Source of the DNA: Paraspadella gotoi
Lineage: Eukaryota > Animalia > Chaetognatha
Reading direction: 5' to 3'
NCBI GenBank assembly: GCA_051294375.1
Contig: CM119263.1
Coordinates: 18,066,628-18,130,627 of the forward strand
Length of the DNA stretch: 64,000 nucleotides
A model generated the notes under the pieces. That model did no database searches and had not been told where the DNA came from. It worked only from the letters and a program-made list of their open reading frames with translations. The position numbers and the translations under genes are program-made. Below, piece by piece: positions 24,101-36,294 of the stretch (the stretch's first letter is position 1; each line of letters starts with the position of its first letter).

Positions 24101-27100
24101 TGTTGCTTTTCCATATTCTTTCGCGTGGATGTCAGATCATGAAGATAAGATTGCTGAAGGTTCGTTTGCAGGGACGACAAGTTATCTTCCATAGCCTAAA
24201 ATAGAAACAAAAAATGTATTTTAATTAAACGCACTTGTACAGAAGAGAGCTTTTCGTCAAAACTCACCCTCTTCATCGTAATTTCGTTATTCCTAGCATT
24301 GAGTTCTCTTTGTTTAGCAACGACGTCCCATTTACGCGCCTCGGACTCGAGCCTCGCGACGGCCGCTTCCGCCGCCGCCCGCTCTCGACGCGCCTCCTCT
24401 CTCGTGGCCGCGGCGTCACGTCTCAGCATTTCCACGGTTTCTGCCAGTCGGCGCCGCTGATCTTCGTCAGTCGAACGACGTTCCTTCACTTCCGCTTCCA
24501 ACCGTTCCACTTCCCTTCGCCGCTGTTCGAGGGTCTGGTCGACTCGCCGAGATTCCAATGCTCGTAGTTCCATTTCACGATCAAGTTCGGCGATCTTAGC
24601 ACGCTCGCCTCGCAGCGCCTCCTCGAGGAATCTCTTTTGATTCAGCAGATCATGGATGGTCTTTTGAGATTCTCCAGCGAGTTCGGCCTGTTTCAACAGA
24701 AATTCCCTCTCCGACCGAAGGGCGTCCAGCTGTCGGCCCGAGGAGTCGTTCTCTGCACTCACAAGTAGTCGCTCTTGGTGATGTAGCTTTTGTAACATAT
24801 CTTCCTTCTCTCGCAGAAGGGCGTTATTAGAGTCCTGCAGTACGGCCATCTTCTGCTGCAAGTTAAGGCGCTGTTCTTCAACTGATTGAAAATCGGTGAT
24901 GCCAGAGTCTTCGCTGAATCCGAGTTGCTGCAGGGCTTCCGCATAGCGCCGTTTCTCCTCTTTCAACGAATCTCGTAGCAATGCGTTCTCGCGTGCGTGT
25001 ATTGACTTTGCTTCGGCGAACTCTCGCCGAAGCAGAGAGATTTCTTGGACGAGTCGCTCGTCACTCCAGTGCTGCTGATTTGTTTGAGTTTGGGTAATGG
25101 AACGTTGTTGGACGTGGACAGTAGTTTGCGACGAATGCAGCTTCGGAGGGGAAAATGCCGACAGCTCGGGATGAGAAGAGAAGGCGTTTGGCGCCGGGGA
25201 ATCGAGAGAGTCGGTGAGTGCCGGGGTCGAGGCCAATTCCGGGACTTCGATTCCGAGGGGAGAGAAGCCTTCGCGATGCTCCCCTTCCCATCCCAAAACT
25301 CGGTGCAACTGCGTCTCAATCTCGCGGCATTGAATCTCTTTTTCTTTCAACAATTTCCTATGAAAGGGGAAAAATGAGAGTCAGCAAGGGGTGGTCAGAG
25401 AGATAAAGCGGGAAAAAAAATGATATGTGAAAGAAAAAATAAAGTAAACGTAAAGTACTACAGGAAAAGTATACCTGAACTCGCCCATATCCTCCACAAT
25501 GACTTTTTTTTCCTCTTGCGCCAAGCTCAACTTCTCCTTCAATATTTCCACCTCGGCTTTAAGTGAAATTTCGGACAGCGCGAATCGCTCCCTCTGATAG
25601 ATCGAATAATGAGATATAAATATTAATAAAAATTATATTATTAATTGAATAAGAACAGTGCGAAAAACTAAAATCATAAACAGTACCTGCTCCTGTTCAA
25701 AGGTCAAATCACTCTGAAGACTCGATCGCTGCTCCCGTTCTCGACGTAGATCGGCTTCCAAGCCATCGACGCGACGTTCCGCATTCTCCAATTCTCTCAA
25801 CGTCGCCGCTTTTGCCCTTTCCTCATCCTCTACCTTCGCCTGCCCCAACTCCTGTCGAAGAGAGGCCATTCTCAGATCAGAAATTTCTTCGTCCAATCGG
25901 CGTTTTTGTTCGGCCATATCGGCCTCGATTCTCGCTTTAGCTGCGTGTATGTCGTTAAGTCTCGTTTCCAAGCGCCGTACGCTGTCGCGCAACTCTCGCT
26001 TCTCTTCCTCGTTTTTGTCTGCGTCGGCCGCGGTGGTTGAGGCTTCGGCAGACAGAAGGGCGACTCTTTCTTTCTCAATTCGCACAATATTGGAAACGCT
26101 TTCGAGAATAGTCGTCTCGTGGAGATGTTCGGGACGGGGTGGAGCATTTCCAGGAGCCTCCGAAGGCAGAAACACTTCTGAATTTGAAGAAGCCGTTATC
26201 GCCAACTTCGTAGATGCGTCGAGGCGCGTTTCCAGTCGGTTAACTTCCGGTTCTAAACGCGCCACCTCACGCTCCAACTCTTCCTTGCGCTCGAGCAGGT
26301 GGTTGGCTTCCTCAATCTCAGAGACGCTTCTCCGGATCTCCTCCATCTCCTTGTCCTTAAATTCCTTTAATTGACCCACCCGATCCTCGACCTCCTTTTC
26401 TTTACGTTCCAGCGCGGCGTCGAGTTCGTTTTGAAACTGGGCGCGAATCGACTCCCAGGCGTCGTTGACTGCCGACTCGTTCTCGCGACGAAGCTGCTCC
26501 TCGAGTTCGTTGAGTTCACGGTCGTGACGTTCCCGTTCCTCGGAGAGGATGGCACGAACGCGACGCTCACGACGGCGAGACCGACACTCGGCTGAGAGTT
26601 CGACAGTAAAAGGATATGACGAAAGGGGTTTCGGAGGAACGTCTACAGGGGTAGTAGTTTCTAGCCGAGAATCATTTTCCGTAATCTCTGACGATTCGGG
26701 TGAAACTTCAATGAGAATTTCCTTGGTTTCCAAGCATTGTTGCGCGTTTTCTGTTTTAATTATTCTAGGCTGGACAACTATGCTTCTCTCAGTTCTCTCT
26801 CCTTTCTTCTGAAGAACCTCGGCTTTTTCTGATGATTGACTTTTTAGTTTAATCTTTTCTTCCAACAAATGTCCCTTTTCTTCCATTTCTTTGAGATGAG
26901 CCTCGGCTTCTTCTAAAGCATCGCTTTTAAAATCAAGCTCTTTTTCCATCTTACGCTTCTCGTTCTCCCATCTGGCTTGAGTTTCCTTCCACCGAGTCTC
27001 GACCTCTTTCAAAGCTTCATCTTTCAATTTCCTTTCCTGCATAATCTTTCGCTTTTCCTCCTCAGTTTCCTTTCTCGCTTCTTTCCATCTAGCATTCTCT

Positions 27101-30100
27101 TCGTTCAAAGCCACGGTGATATTTTTGATTTCGTCTTCGATTCTTCGTCGCTCGATCTCCATCTCTCTCCGCTCTTTTTCCCATCGAACGGCGGCCTTTT
27201 CTAAAGCCTCGCCCTTCAGCTTGCCATCTTCCTCAGCTTTGCGTTTCTCGTCCTCCAATTGCTTGTAGAGCTTCGTCCACTTAGTCTCCGACTCATCCAG
27301 AGCCTCTTTCTTTATTCGTCTCTCCTCTTCGACTTTGCGCCTCTCCTCCTCCATCTCTCTCCGCGCCTCTTTCCACCGAAGTTTAACATCTTGCAAAGTT
27401 TCGCTGTTTAATCTATTTTCCTCCTCGACGAGGCTCTTCTCGTTTTCCCTTTCTTTTTGCAATTTCTCCATCCGCGCCTCGGCTTTTTCCAAAGTATCGT
27501 TTTTTAGTCTAATTTCTTCTTTGAGTACATCTTTTTCGTCCTCCATTTCTTTCTGTCTTCCTTTCCATCGAAATTCAGCGTCTTCCAAAGCTTCAGAGCC
27601 CAATCTCTTCTCCTCTTTAACTTTTCTTCTCTCTTCCTCCATTTCTCTCCTCGCAATCTTCCATCGTCCCTCGACGTCCTTGAGAGCTTCGTCCAGCAGG
27701 CGATTTTCCTCCTTCATCGTGCCTTTTTCTTCCTCGAGTTCTTTACAATGAGTAATTGCCTCTTCCAACGCCACGCCCTTTTGTTTCAATTTGTCCTGCA
27801 GTTTTTTTATTTCAATTAGATTCTCATTTAGCAATCTTGATTTTTCTTCAAAATTTTCTTCCAGCTCGGAATTACACGATTCAAAGAACTTGATGTTTTC
27901 TTTGAGCGTGATGTTTTCTTTTAACAGAACTTGCACTCGCTCCTGACTTTGATCCAACTGCGCGACCATGTCATCGAGACGCTGCTGAAGGTCAGATCCG
28001 GATTTTTTCAAAGTCTCCACATTAGATTCGTTTTTGGCAGAGACTTGTTTTAACATCTGAACATATTCAACTTTATGATCTTTGAGCGCTTCTTTGGCTT
28101 TCGTTAACTCCTCCATTGACGATCTTCGCTCTTCTTCCAAGGCTTTCATGTGATCTGTTTGAGCTTTGGACACTTCGTCCAAACGCGACCTCCATTCTCT
28201 TTCATTGACACTGGCGCCCATCTCAGTCTCGTGAAGTTCTTGTTTTAGACGTTCAATAATTACCTTTTTCTCTTTCAATTCTTCTTCTGCTTCAAGCTCG
28301 GCCTTTTTCAACCTCTCCTTCAACTCAGCAGATGTCGCCTCCTCCAATGCTTTCTCCGATTCGGCAGCTTCTAATCTTCGGCGAAGCTCTTCGGAATCGG
28401 TTACGGCTTGATCTTTGGCCACGCTCATATCCTTCAATTCAGTCGACATCCGTTGGCAATCAAGAAGTCGACTTCGGGTTTCAGCTCTTAACTCGGCGAT
28501 TTCGCGTTTCAGAGTCTCCACCTTGGCTTCGCTTTGTCTAAAAGACACGCCGACGGTTTCTAATTCAGCGCGAAGTTTCAGAGACTCTCCCGCTTCAGCG
28601 ACCACTTCTTCTCTGAGGCTCTCAATTGTCAACTGTAGATGTTCTATGGTCGCGGCCTCGGATTCGCTCACATTTAAGCGAGCTTTCGTTTCTGCAGATT
28701 CCGAAAGTGCCGCTTCCAGACTTACTCTGGTAACTTTTAGTTCTTCCAGATGTTTCTGCATTTCCAATTCGGTATCTTCCACTAGTCGACGGGCTTCTTG
28801 CTCGGCAGTCCGGGTCGCTCGCAACTCATCGTCAAATTTTTCACGTTCAAGCCGCCGCAATTCATTCTCCCGGGCCGATGTCGATGTTAACTCCGACAGC
28901 GTTGTCTTCAAAGTTTCCCTCTCCCTCCGCTCCTCCGTCAAGGAGCTCTCGACCCGATTATACTCCGCTCGCAATCCCTCGAAGGATTTGGTCACTTCGT
29001 CGCGATATTTGAGAGTTTCTGTCCGCAACTGGTTGTAAGACGTCTCCCAATTCTTCACGCGATTCTCTAAATTTTTTCGTTCCTTGGCCAATTCTGCATT
29101 TTCCCGTTGAAGATGGAGAAGATCCTCGTCAACGCGGTTCTTGTCCTCTTGAAGTCGGTAATTCTCGCGTCGGGCGGCAGCGAGACGATCTTCGATTAGG
29201 TCGAGCTCGACCTCGTGTTCGCGACGCATGGCGTCCTTTATCTCGAGGAGTTGGAGGCCATGTGACTCCTCCAGCTCTGATCGAAGGGATTCCAGTTTGA
29301 CAGTGAACTCTTTAAAGGCGCATTCCTCCGAAGAGCTGAGAACATAAGTAAAATATGAGTTATAATATATTAAAAAAAATCTTAAAAGCATAAGGATCGT
29401 CGTAATTGCATAAGAAAAATCTGGATTGACGACAAATTTTGATACTAAAAAAAATCAATTTTGAAAAAAAAAAAAAAAATTATAAACAGAAAGAAAAAGA
29501 AGAAAAGAATAAATAAAGAATAGAAAGGAAAGAAAGGAAGGAAAGAATAGAAAAAAAAAGAATAGAAAGAAAAGAAAGAAAAGAAAGAATAGAAAGGAAA
29601 GAAAGAAAAGAAAGGAAAGAAAGAATAGAAAGGGGAAAAAAGAAAATTAATTTATAAACAGAAAGAAAAATTCTATTTTGCGATTGTCAATTTACAGTTA
29701 GTTTCTGAAAAAAAAAAAAACTTTTTCATTGTCAAAAGAATAAATATAAAACAGTAAAATAATTTATTTTCGAGTTTAATTTTTAGCAAGTGCTCAGACT
29801 GGAGTAACATTATTGAAGGTACTTTTGTTTTACTTTAAGCACGCATAAGCGAGCAGTTTGATCGAATGCGACCTCTCTAAACACTGTCAGCATTCCCAGA
29901 CAAAAGACAAAGTGAAACTTGAATCAGACTGACGAAGTGAAGTAAAGACTAAAGTGAAATAAAAACCCGATGTTACTATAGCAAAATGATAACATGCACG
30001 AATGCGATGCCTAATTTTACGAGTTCAATCCCAATTCAATTTTTTTTTTTTTAATAAAAACACAGAGAGAGAGAAAAAAGAAAGAAATCAAATGGCAGCA

Positions 30101-33100
30101 GCAGAAGCAGCAGGAGAAAAGAGAGTAAAAGAGAGAGCCCCTGCAGAGCCAGCTGCAGACTCAAAAGGCAGCAGCAAAAGCAGCAGGAGAAAATAAAGAA
30201 AAAAGAATAAGCCCCTGCAGAGCCAGCTGCAGACTCGTTTTTTTTTCAGTGAATAGGGAAAAGAGAGAGGGAGAGAGACATGTAATTAAAAGAAAAAAGA
30301 GAGAGAGAAAGAAATATAAAAATAAAGAGAAAATTTTTTGTTTTGATAAAACGTAAACAAAACATATTTAATAACTGTCCAGACTCAATTTTAAGCACAT
30401 CGATGATGAGAAGATGTATATAAATTTTCAGCTTCATAAACCCAAATTTAATCATAAAAAAGGCGATCTATAATTTGGAACGTCGACGACGACGCCGACG
30501 CCACTTATGCGCAAAAGTGTTACAATATCGTCGCAAACGCTTAGCGATTGCGACGATAAAAATTAAAACATGCCAATCCCAACAATCGTCTTTCGTACCT
30601 GTCCTCGCCGAAGACGTCGGCACCAAAGCCCGGTGACCCTTTTCTCGAACTACGAGCGCTGAGCATTATTACGCTGCTTCCGGCCGGGGAACCGGCGGCG
30701 TTGGCAGGCGGCGGCGCCATCGAAGGCATCGGCGTCCCTTGACGGCGTCGCGCTTCCTCCAGCTCAGCCATCAGTGTTTGTACGAGAGCGGAACTCTCGG
30801 CATGACGTCGTTCGGCGGCTTCCTTTTCCTCTAGTGCCTTTCCACGTTCTTCTAACGCTCGACGATGCTCCGACTTGATCGTCGTCAACTCGTCTTCGAG
30901 GACCGTAGCTTGGGTCGTCGGCGTGTTAGTCTGAATCACAGAAAGAACTAATATTACAGAGGATAGATTGTCATCGATTAGTTTTTTTTAAAGCGAAATC
31001 TAAACCAGATGAGTTGATAAAACATTCAGATTTCAAAAAAAGTTCTTAAACAGCAGGAGCAAGCATCATGAATCTCGATTCACGATAGAAGTAAATATTC
31101 GATTAGAAGGGGCGGGAAGCCTACTTCATCTTCATCACTCCGCATGGTTACAGCCTCTGGCAGGGATGTGTTATTTTTTTATGGGCCGCTAATGAGTCAT
31201 TCGATCGCTTCTTTAACTTTTTTGTTCTAGTTTTTAACTTTGTTCGCCCTATGGCGTTTTGATCCGGATTTAAAAAAGCCAATGAAATAGCTAAAATTAA
31301 ATCTTTGACTTGGCTCATGTCTCAAAATTTAAAACTACATATATAATTCATTAATGAGAACCCCCAGAAAGAAAGGGCGAAAACTTAAAACCTTCTGGGC
31401 GTTAACACCGTTGAAAAAAAATCGCGTTTCATAAATCCATTGTCAATCGATTGTCAACTTCTTTCCTTACCCGTTCCTCCGGTTCGTAGGTATGGGAGTC
31501 AACCGTTTCTGAATGTGGCCCGACCGCGTCTTGCCTTAGGCCCGAGTCGTCGTCACCACCAAAGGACTCCTGATCTCCAAGTTCGAACGGGGTGGTGTTT
31601 TCTTGCAGGGAAGTTGCGTCGTCTTTTGATTCTGAGTCTACACTTTCATTGACCTGAGGAAGAAAAAAAATAGACTTGATTTTCTAAGAAATTCACGGTT
31701 GACAATGAACGGAAGATTCGAAAATAAAAACGATTGAGCCACAAAAAAGATTTAAAAATCCTTATCGACTTACTACCCAATTACTTTCAATCTATTTAAT
31801 TTTCCGGCATTTTAATATAATATAATATAATAAAAAATAAAATTTAAATATTGATAATATTGATTCATATGAGCTATATCTCATTTATGTACGACAAAAA
31901 ATACAAGAGTTCCATTAAAAAAAATGATTAGTCCAAAATTTTTTTTTATAATATTAACAATAATATGAATAATCCTCTTGATCAAAAAGAGGTAAAAACA
32001 GTTAGAGACAACCTTTTTTAGAAATATTTGTATGCCTTAAATAACTTTATGCTGTTTAAAAATAATCTTTTTATTCAATCCTAGGGAGGTCATATTACAT
32101 ATTAAAATTCATATACAGACCAAAAAATATATATGACAATGAAATTAACCGACTTTTCCAAACCACGACAATTTTTTTTCATCATGGTATGTAAAATAAA
32201 AAGAACTTGTCTTGAGTACAAACGAAAAATGCGAGTAATGCGACTATACGAAGCCAACGATTACACAAACAGAGAAAAACAAACAACAGGAAAGAAGGGA
32301 AAATAGAGCGCAAGTAGAGAGGGAAAAAGAATTTGAAAATAAATTATAAAAGAGAAGAGATCGCGTTTTACTAATAAGTTTTAAAGCAAGTCGAGTCCGT
32401 AGAGGTTTTCCTGGGATAGGAGCGATGATCGAATTCGAAACGACAAAAAGAAAGCAAGAACTGTCTCAACCGCTTTGTTTGCTCAATGAAAGGAACTAGT
32501 CTGCGCTCTTGTAATTGACCCTGACATGATTTTGGCGCAGATAAAAGAGACATTATGAGTAGGTTGTTTGATCTTTGAATAAAACTAAAAAATCTCGATG
32601 TTGGGAGAGAAAAAAAGCATAAAAAAAATTTGAGCGATTATCGCAGACCAAATAAAACAAAAAAAATAGCATGCTTGCATTCATCTAATCAAAACGGATT
32701 ACGGAGATAATTCAATTGAAAAAAGTTTTTGGTAGATCATAGAACTTTTTATAGATATGTTTTGAATTCGTGGATATCGCTCCGACACAAATGAAAATAA
32801 TTGTATAATTTGGCGGTAAGTCGGCCGAGGCAGAGGGCCGCTTGGCAGAGGCAGGACGTAAAAGTAATTCGAAAAACTCGAATTTGCGAGTAGCTACAAA
32901 GCGAAACCTGATTCGAACGAAGTATAAGCAACATTTGAATCCAGTTTCGACAGAATACACTTTCTTCTTTTTTTTCAGGTTTATCCCTTAGGCAATTTCG
33001 GTCGAAATTTTTTTTTCCCAGTCATCATCGTTCATTTAACAAATTCGTACAATAATAAACAATGATTTCATAGAAAAACAAAAGAAATGAAACTCTCCCC

Positions 33101-35963
33101 AAACAAACCATAATTTCTTAAGAATTATTATGAATTACAACAAAACCATAAAAACTGTCTGAAAAAGTCGAAATAACAAAACTATCCTCGCCGCGCATTT
33201 GATCTTGCTATCGTAAACACAAATATATCAACACATCCTATACAAAAGCACCAATAACTAAAATTATTTTATCTTTTACTCTAAACTTACTTTCATCAAT
33301 TGTTTTTGTAGCGTTTTGAGTTGGACGCTCATCCCCTTAATTAAGTCCTCGTCTCGAGCTCGACCTTCCCTCGCGGACTTGAGTTGACCAGCGAGTTGAG
33401 AGATTGTCGTCGCCTGAGATACTATTTTCGATTCCAACTGAGAGAAAAATGAGATGAAAACCACATAAGAATTTCAAAAGGGTCGGGAAATCCCTTTGCT
33501 AATTAAAAAGAGAATTAGCTCGAGCATAAATGTGGATGCAATTACCCTAAAGAAAAAACGTGTGAAACATCGGATCTTTTAAGGGATTTTGTAAAACAAT
33601 AAATATTTACAAATACGAACAAGATGAAGAAACTGCATATCTATCGCGCAGACGTAAAACTCGTTTGAACCAAAACCGGAATTTAATAGGTTTCGCTCTC
33701 CGCCCTTCCGCTCACCTTGGAGTGGAGGTCGATGATCCGGTTGTTGTTGTCCCCAATTCGCGGCGGCGACCGGTCGGGCGTAAAGGATGCGCATGACGTT
33801 GATGACGATGAAGGCAAAACCAAGGAATCAATACCGACTGGCGGAACAAAAAGAAAGAGAAAAAAAAAATGTTAACCACATTATTGAAAAAATTCATAGT
33901 AGGCCGCCAGTTTACTCACTTTCCCCTATGCTAGTATCTCCTCCGCTTCCGCCCGAAGTCGGTCCAAAAAAGGAGTCGCCGACAGAAACTCGGGTGAACG
34001 ACTCCCGACCTGTGGAGGAGTCGTCACCGACGTCACCGGCGAGAGGGTCGAAGGTCATCGCCTCAGGGTCGAAAGTCACGTGGGTCAATGAGTCCAACGT
34101 CGACGCGGAAGGAACCGAAGACGAAGCCTCTCCGGAAGCAACGGAAGCGGAAAGACGGGAAAAAGAGGACGTCGACGGAGAAAACTGCGGCGGGGCGGAA
34201 GAAGACGCCGGCTCGAGCGGCACTATCGAGTCGACGTCCAATCGAGAGTAGCGAGGCCAAACTGAACCGAGGAGAGGTGAACCATCGTCGTCATCCCCAG
34301 AGTCGGTGGTGGTCTGTCGTTTGGAGGTTCCCGAGGGGGTGTTTGGATTGGAAGGAGAGGTGGGGTAGGAAGAGGTCGGAGTTTGGGGCCCGGACTCGCT
34401 ATCAGGTTGGTCGAAAGGCATGACGTTGTCCTGAAAATAAAATGTTTTTAGCATTTTAGAACCAAACCTACATTAATCTATACTTCGCAATTACCTTAGA
34501 AGTATTTTCTTCCTCGTCGACATCCTCTTCACCCAGAGGACCTTCCTCCAAATCTCCTGAGGCATTGAATGACGCAAATCTCGAGGCGGAATCTCGACGG
34601 GCGATCGAGGCGTTTGGGAGGGGAGTGGAATAGTTTTCGACGAAGGAGGCTTCCAACGAATGTTGAATCAAAGAAGATGAAGGAGTCAAAAACGGGGTGG
34701 CGGGAATGGATTGATGAGGAGTATCGACGAGCGGGTGCGACTCGAGCGAATCATTCATAGCCCGTGATTTTGGAGTTGTGGTCATGAACTGCATTTCTCG
34801 AGCTTCGTTGAATGACGAGTGATATGGAGTCTCGGTAAAAGGCTGGGAATCGTTTGCAATGGCTTGAGGATATCGTGAGTTGGCTTCTGACGGCGGACAA
34901 TCGGAAAGAGTCAATGGTTTTGAATCGAATGATGCCGAGTCTGAGGAAGACGAGGAATCTTTGGTTTTTTGCGGGAGTGAAGGTGAATCTGGAGAAATAT
35001 TTCTTAAAATTTAGTCATTTCCGGATTATAAAGACTAAAGATTATAAACCGAACCGAGTTTTAATCATGCAGGCTTCAGTGCAGTGGCACCCAAAATGCG
35101 GGTTTTGAGATTTCTACAAAACGAAATAACTAAAATACCGATTTTCTCGCCAGTTTTGTTACTTTTCGGGCTAGGTTATCTTCGTGATTTGGTTTTTAAT
35201 TAACAAACTTGCAATTCAGACGTTAACGGATAAGAGCAAAGTTCGAATAACTTACCGGGGTTCGTTCCAAAAACGACCGTTAGCGCCGTTGACGGTAGAG
35301 CCGATCCAGGAGCACCAGCATCTGTATCCGACGGCTCCCTCGGCTGGACGTCGCGTACTGTCACGGTCGAAGAGCAAGTGGAGGACGCTGACGACAGAAA
35401 AGACGAGTCGTGGACTCCGGCGCCCGACGGCGCGCGGAATCTCGAATTCTCGGCGTCCTTTTCTAAAAGAGAGTTGGTCGGTCCACCCAAGTCCGAGGCG
35501 TCGATGTCGGTTTCTACAAGCATAGAATCATCGTAATCGGGAGCCAGATTGGAATCCCCGTTGAGGGAAACGTCCTCATTCAAGCTAGGGTCGTCGTCGG
35601 CTTCGGGAAGGGAAGCATTGGAGTCATTTAAACCAGCGGTGTCCTCCGAAGAAGACATCCAGCGTTTATGACGCTTCTTCTTGAAGGCGAGAAACTAGCA
35701 CGGAGAAAAACATTTTGTGAAAGGAATTATTTGACTCGTTTCGAAGAGTTTACTAAATTTTCAAGTTTAGCCTCTCCCCCCCGGAACAAAAAAGAATATC
35801 GCGAATTTTAAAATAGAAATGACCGGACATAAGTTTACATTCGCCCTCAATTACCAAAACTGTATAATCGAAGCAACAGCTGAGATTTGAGTCTCAATTT
35901 GAGAGATGTTCTTACCTTCTCTTTTCCCGCCTGAACCTTCTGTGCCCGATCTTGTGGCTCCAT
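117..35963 (-). CDS. Pericentrin/AKAP9 (AKAP450)-family giant centrosomal coiled-coil protein, multi-exon, 3' end (expected PACT domain) outside the window
   Basis: Exon 1 (35963-35916) spliced to exon 2 (from 35694) gives MEPQDRAQKVQAGKEK|FLAFKKKRHKR, resembling the PCNT/AKAP9 N-terminal motif. Exon 1447-1245 encodes LEKQVRSDKAFMEEQAIEREAEREEYEERLDRLKEELK, resembling the AKAP9/PCNT EQAxxRExER block. Phase-consistent GT-AG exon chain (boundaries read by eye): 35694-35256, 34988-34495, 34430-33920, 33838-33715, 33437-33291, 31653-31471, 30930-30599, 29335-25687, 25593-25475, 25357-24235, 24195-24052, 23930-23859, 13983-13735, 13607-13376, 12733-12472, ~12382-12157, ~12021-11851, 11757-11612, 8817-8644, 8363-8188, 7421-7082, 7021-6885, 6190-5981, 5879-5789, 5722-5603, 5427-5195, ~5019-4746, 4695-4029, 3929-3644, 3550-3392, 3320-3238, 3148-3046, 2678-2619, 1642-1512, 1447-1245, 1166-947, 351-117. 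PCNT versus AKAP9 cannot be resolved. Confidence 0.85.
2085..2430. mobile_element. Non-autonomous interspersed repeat fragment (DINE-1/HINE-like or MITE), related to 57130-57830
   Basis: AAACAAGTTTGAGCAAACAATGGCGGATCTGCCCACGA is close to the reverse complement of ~57791-57829. The TAATTGGCG...GGACGGACAGACGGA segment matches the reverse complement of ~57135-57215. It carries a (GTCY)n-type microsatellite. Confidence 0.5.
7510..7582 (+). pseudogene. tRNA-Gly(CCC)-derived module inside LTR1 (also at 7925-7997 and ~57486-57558)
   Basis: 7-bp acceptor-like stem GCGGCCA/TGGTCGC, A-box-like TTGGTGCCGGAGG, CTCCCAA loop and T-arm CCGGG-GTTCTAG-CCCGG. The anticodon stem is broken, so this is not a functional tRNA. 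Confidence 0.7.
7585..7657 (+). ncRNA. Candidate twister self-cleaving ribozyme, type-P5 permutation (LTR1 copy), predicted cut between T7608 and A7609
   Basis: GCAGTT-AAGAGG-GA-CGG-GGCGCT-TAA-CCC-GCC-TGTGACA-TGG-TGTTACA-G-CTGA-TCCGAAGC-TCAG-G-GACTGC. Present are the closing P5, the UAA cleavage loop, GCC, the P3 hairpin, and P4 with a UCCGAAGC loop whose CCG pairs with CGG (T1) and whose GC pairs with GC (T2). P1 and P2 are short. Confidence 0.7.
8000..8073 (+). ncRNA. Candidate type-P5 twister ribozyme (LTR2 copy), predicted cut between T8023 and A8024
   Basis: Same motif with perfect P3 TGTAACA/TGTTACA and 5-bp P4 CCTGA/TCAGG. The cut site is 415 nt downstream of the LTR1 site. Confidence 0.72.
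10111..11249 (+). CDS. Nested antisense gene: 183-aa secreted protein of unknown function (5 exons)
   Basis: Exons 10111-10171, 10264-10340, 10456-10553, 10730-10886 and 11091-11249 all join by GT-AG in phase (552 nt). The N-terminus MNFLIVVAALAAVCNA-APNE looks like a signal peptide, and the protein ends SWFSEWF*. Confidence 0.8.
14118..14362. mobile_element. Tc1/mariner-type MITE (~245 bp)
   Basis: Terminal inverted repeats TAGTACCCGAAGCGTAGA and TCTACGCTTCGGGTACCG, flanked by TA on both sides. Confidence 0.75.
14664..15211 (-). CDS. Probable alternative Ser-rich exon of the pericentrin-like gene inside its 9.9-kb intron
   Basis: GC-rich 182-codon open frame ending ELREMWE|gtaaaa in phase 0, compatible with the 13983 acceptor (LESMKEE). 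TTAG acceptor at 15215-15212. Confidence 0.55.
18747..19603 (+). CDS. Nested antisense gene: ~128-aa protein of unknown function (6 short exons)
   Basis: Exons 18747-18764, 18915-18970, 19017-19048, 19096-19188, 19355-19454 (or 19466) and 19516-19603 join GT-AG in phase: MAEKDEAAALKKEMEDGKEDFMASTMDETPLKINEGGETYGAGGKCPTISDRRRTIEAHKPPCMPKDLIPEFRPDTHPSVFMSTRFDHKNHSMTSDPCNRCDLGSGQMIHHVKTYVDRSNAPTMKSDY*. Confidence 0.65.
20153..21743 (+). CDS. SPMIP2: Nested antisense gene: C4orf45/SPMIP2-like (DUF4562) axonemal microtubule inner protein, ~200 aa
   Basis: Exons 20153-20216 (GC donor, or read-through), 20295-20389, 21143-21277, 21371-21461 and 21526-21743. The motifs IFTGP..LTDY, YVG, LDYLWR, WVGEVGWG, SGYQIR and HR...WWPKP occur in the same order as in C4orf45 (IFTGPD..DY, YVG, LRYLWR, YVSEIGW, SGFHIK, HRYQNPWQPKP), as recalled. 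Confidence 0.85.
20664..20902. mobile_element. Solo LTR (239 bp) of a second family, GC-rich and highly self-complementary
   Basis: TGT...ACA termini with an exact ATAG duplication at 20660-20663 and 20903-20906. It sits in an intron of the SPMIP2-like gene. Confidence 0.75.
22720..23406. mobile_element. Tc1/mariner-type MITE (687 bp)
   Basis: TIRs CAGTCCTGTGCAAAAAAAAACGCGCCACTT and AAGTGGCGCGTTTTTTTGCACAGGACTG with TA on both sides. The interior (22800-23035) resembles the reverse complement of ~43255-43510. Confidence 0.85.
26900..27720 (-). repeat. About 9 tandem 32-aa (96-nt) Trp-containing coiled-coil repeats within the 3.65-kb exon
   Basis: Recurrent EE.RLK.EALE..E.RWKE..REME.EKRK unit with a W-to-W spacing of 32 residues. 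Confidence 0.8.
29480..29670. repeat. (GAAA)n-like purine-rich low-complexity tract
   Basis: Degenerate AGAAAG/AAGAAT runs in an intron. Confidence 0.7.
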
Positions 35964-36093
35964 CGTTCGCTCATGAGTGATACTGACGTGGTGAATAATT
36001 AATCGGTGATAGTCGTGAGAAAAATCAAGTTCACAAGAAAAAAAAGTAGCCGTTAATATTACGTGACCTCCCGCTTTCCAACGGCTTTGTTAT

Positions 36094-36103
36094 GTCACGT
36101 GAC
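36094..36103. promoter_or_regulatory. Perfect GTCACGTGAC extended E-box (USF/TFE/CLEAR-type) upstream of the pericentrin-like ATG
   Basis: 10-bp palindrome about 130 nt from the start codon, with a second ACGTGAC at 36061 and TGACGT at ~35984. Confidence 0.45.
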
Positions 36104-36294
36104 GAAAGAGGAACCCTTTGTTTTAGTTTTATCCTCAGTCGATAGAGCGGCACATGTTGCATGAGAGAAAAAAAGAGCAGTCAATAATCCATAGCCGATG
36201 AAATTTAAATGCTAATGGATATAGCGTTAAAATAATCTTTCATGACCACAGATTATGGTAGTCAAATATTTTTTGTCAAAAATTCTTTCTTCTG

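Noticed and set aside
25949-29038. Plus-strand Ser/Leu/Phe-rich ORFs
   Set aside because: They are antisense shadows of Glu/Lys/Arg-rich coiled-coil exons. The same applies to most opposite-strand ORFs in the track.
30130-30240. Direct repeat AGCCCCTGCAGAGCCAGCTGCAGACTC and a 64-aa ORF
   Set aside because: Only two copies in a purine-rich intron, with no splice or mobile-element support; not CRISPR-like.
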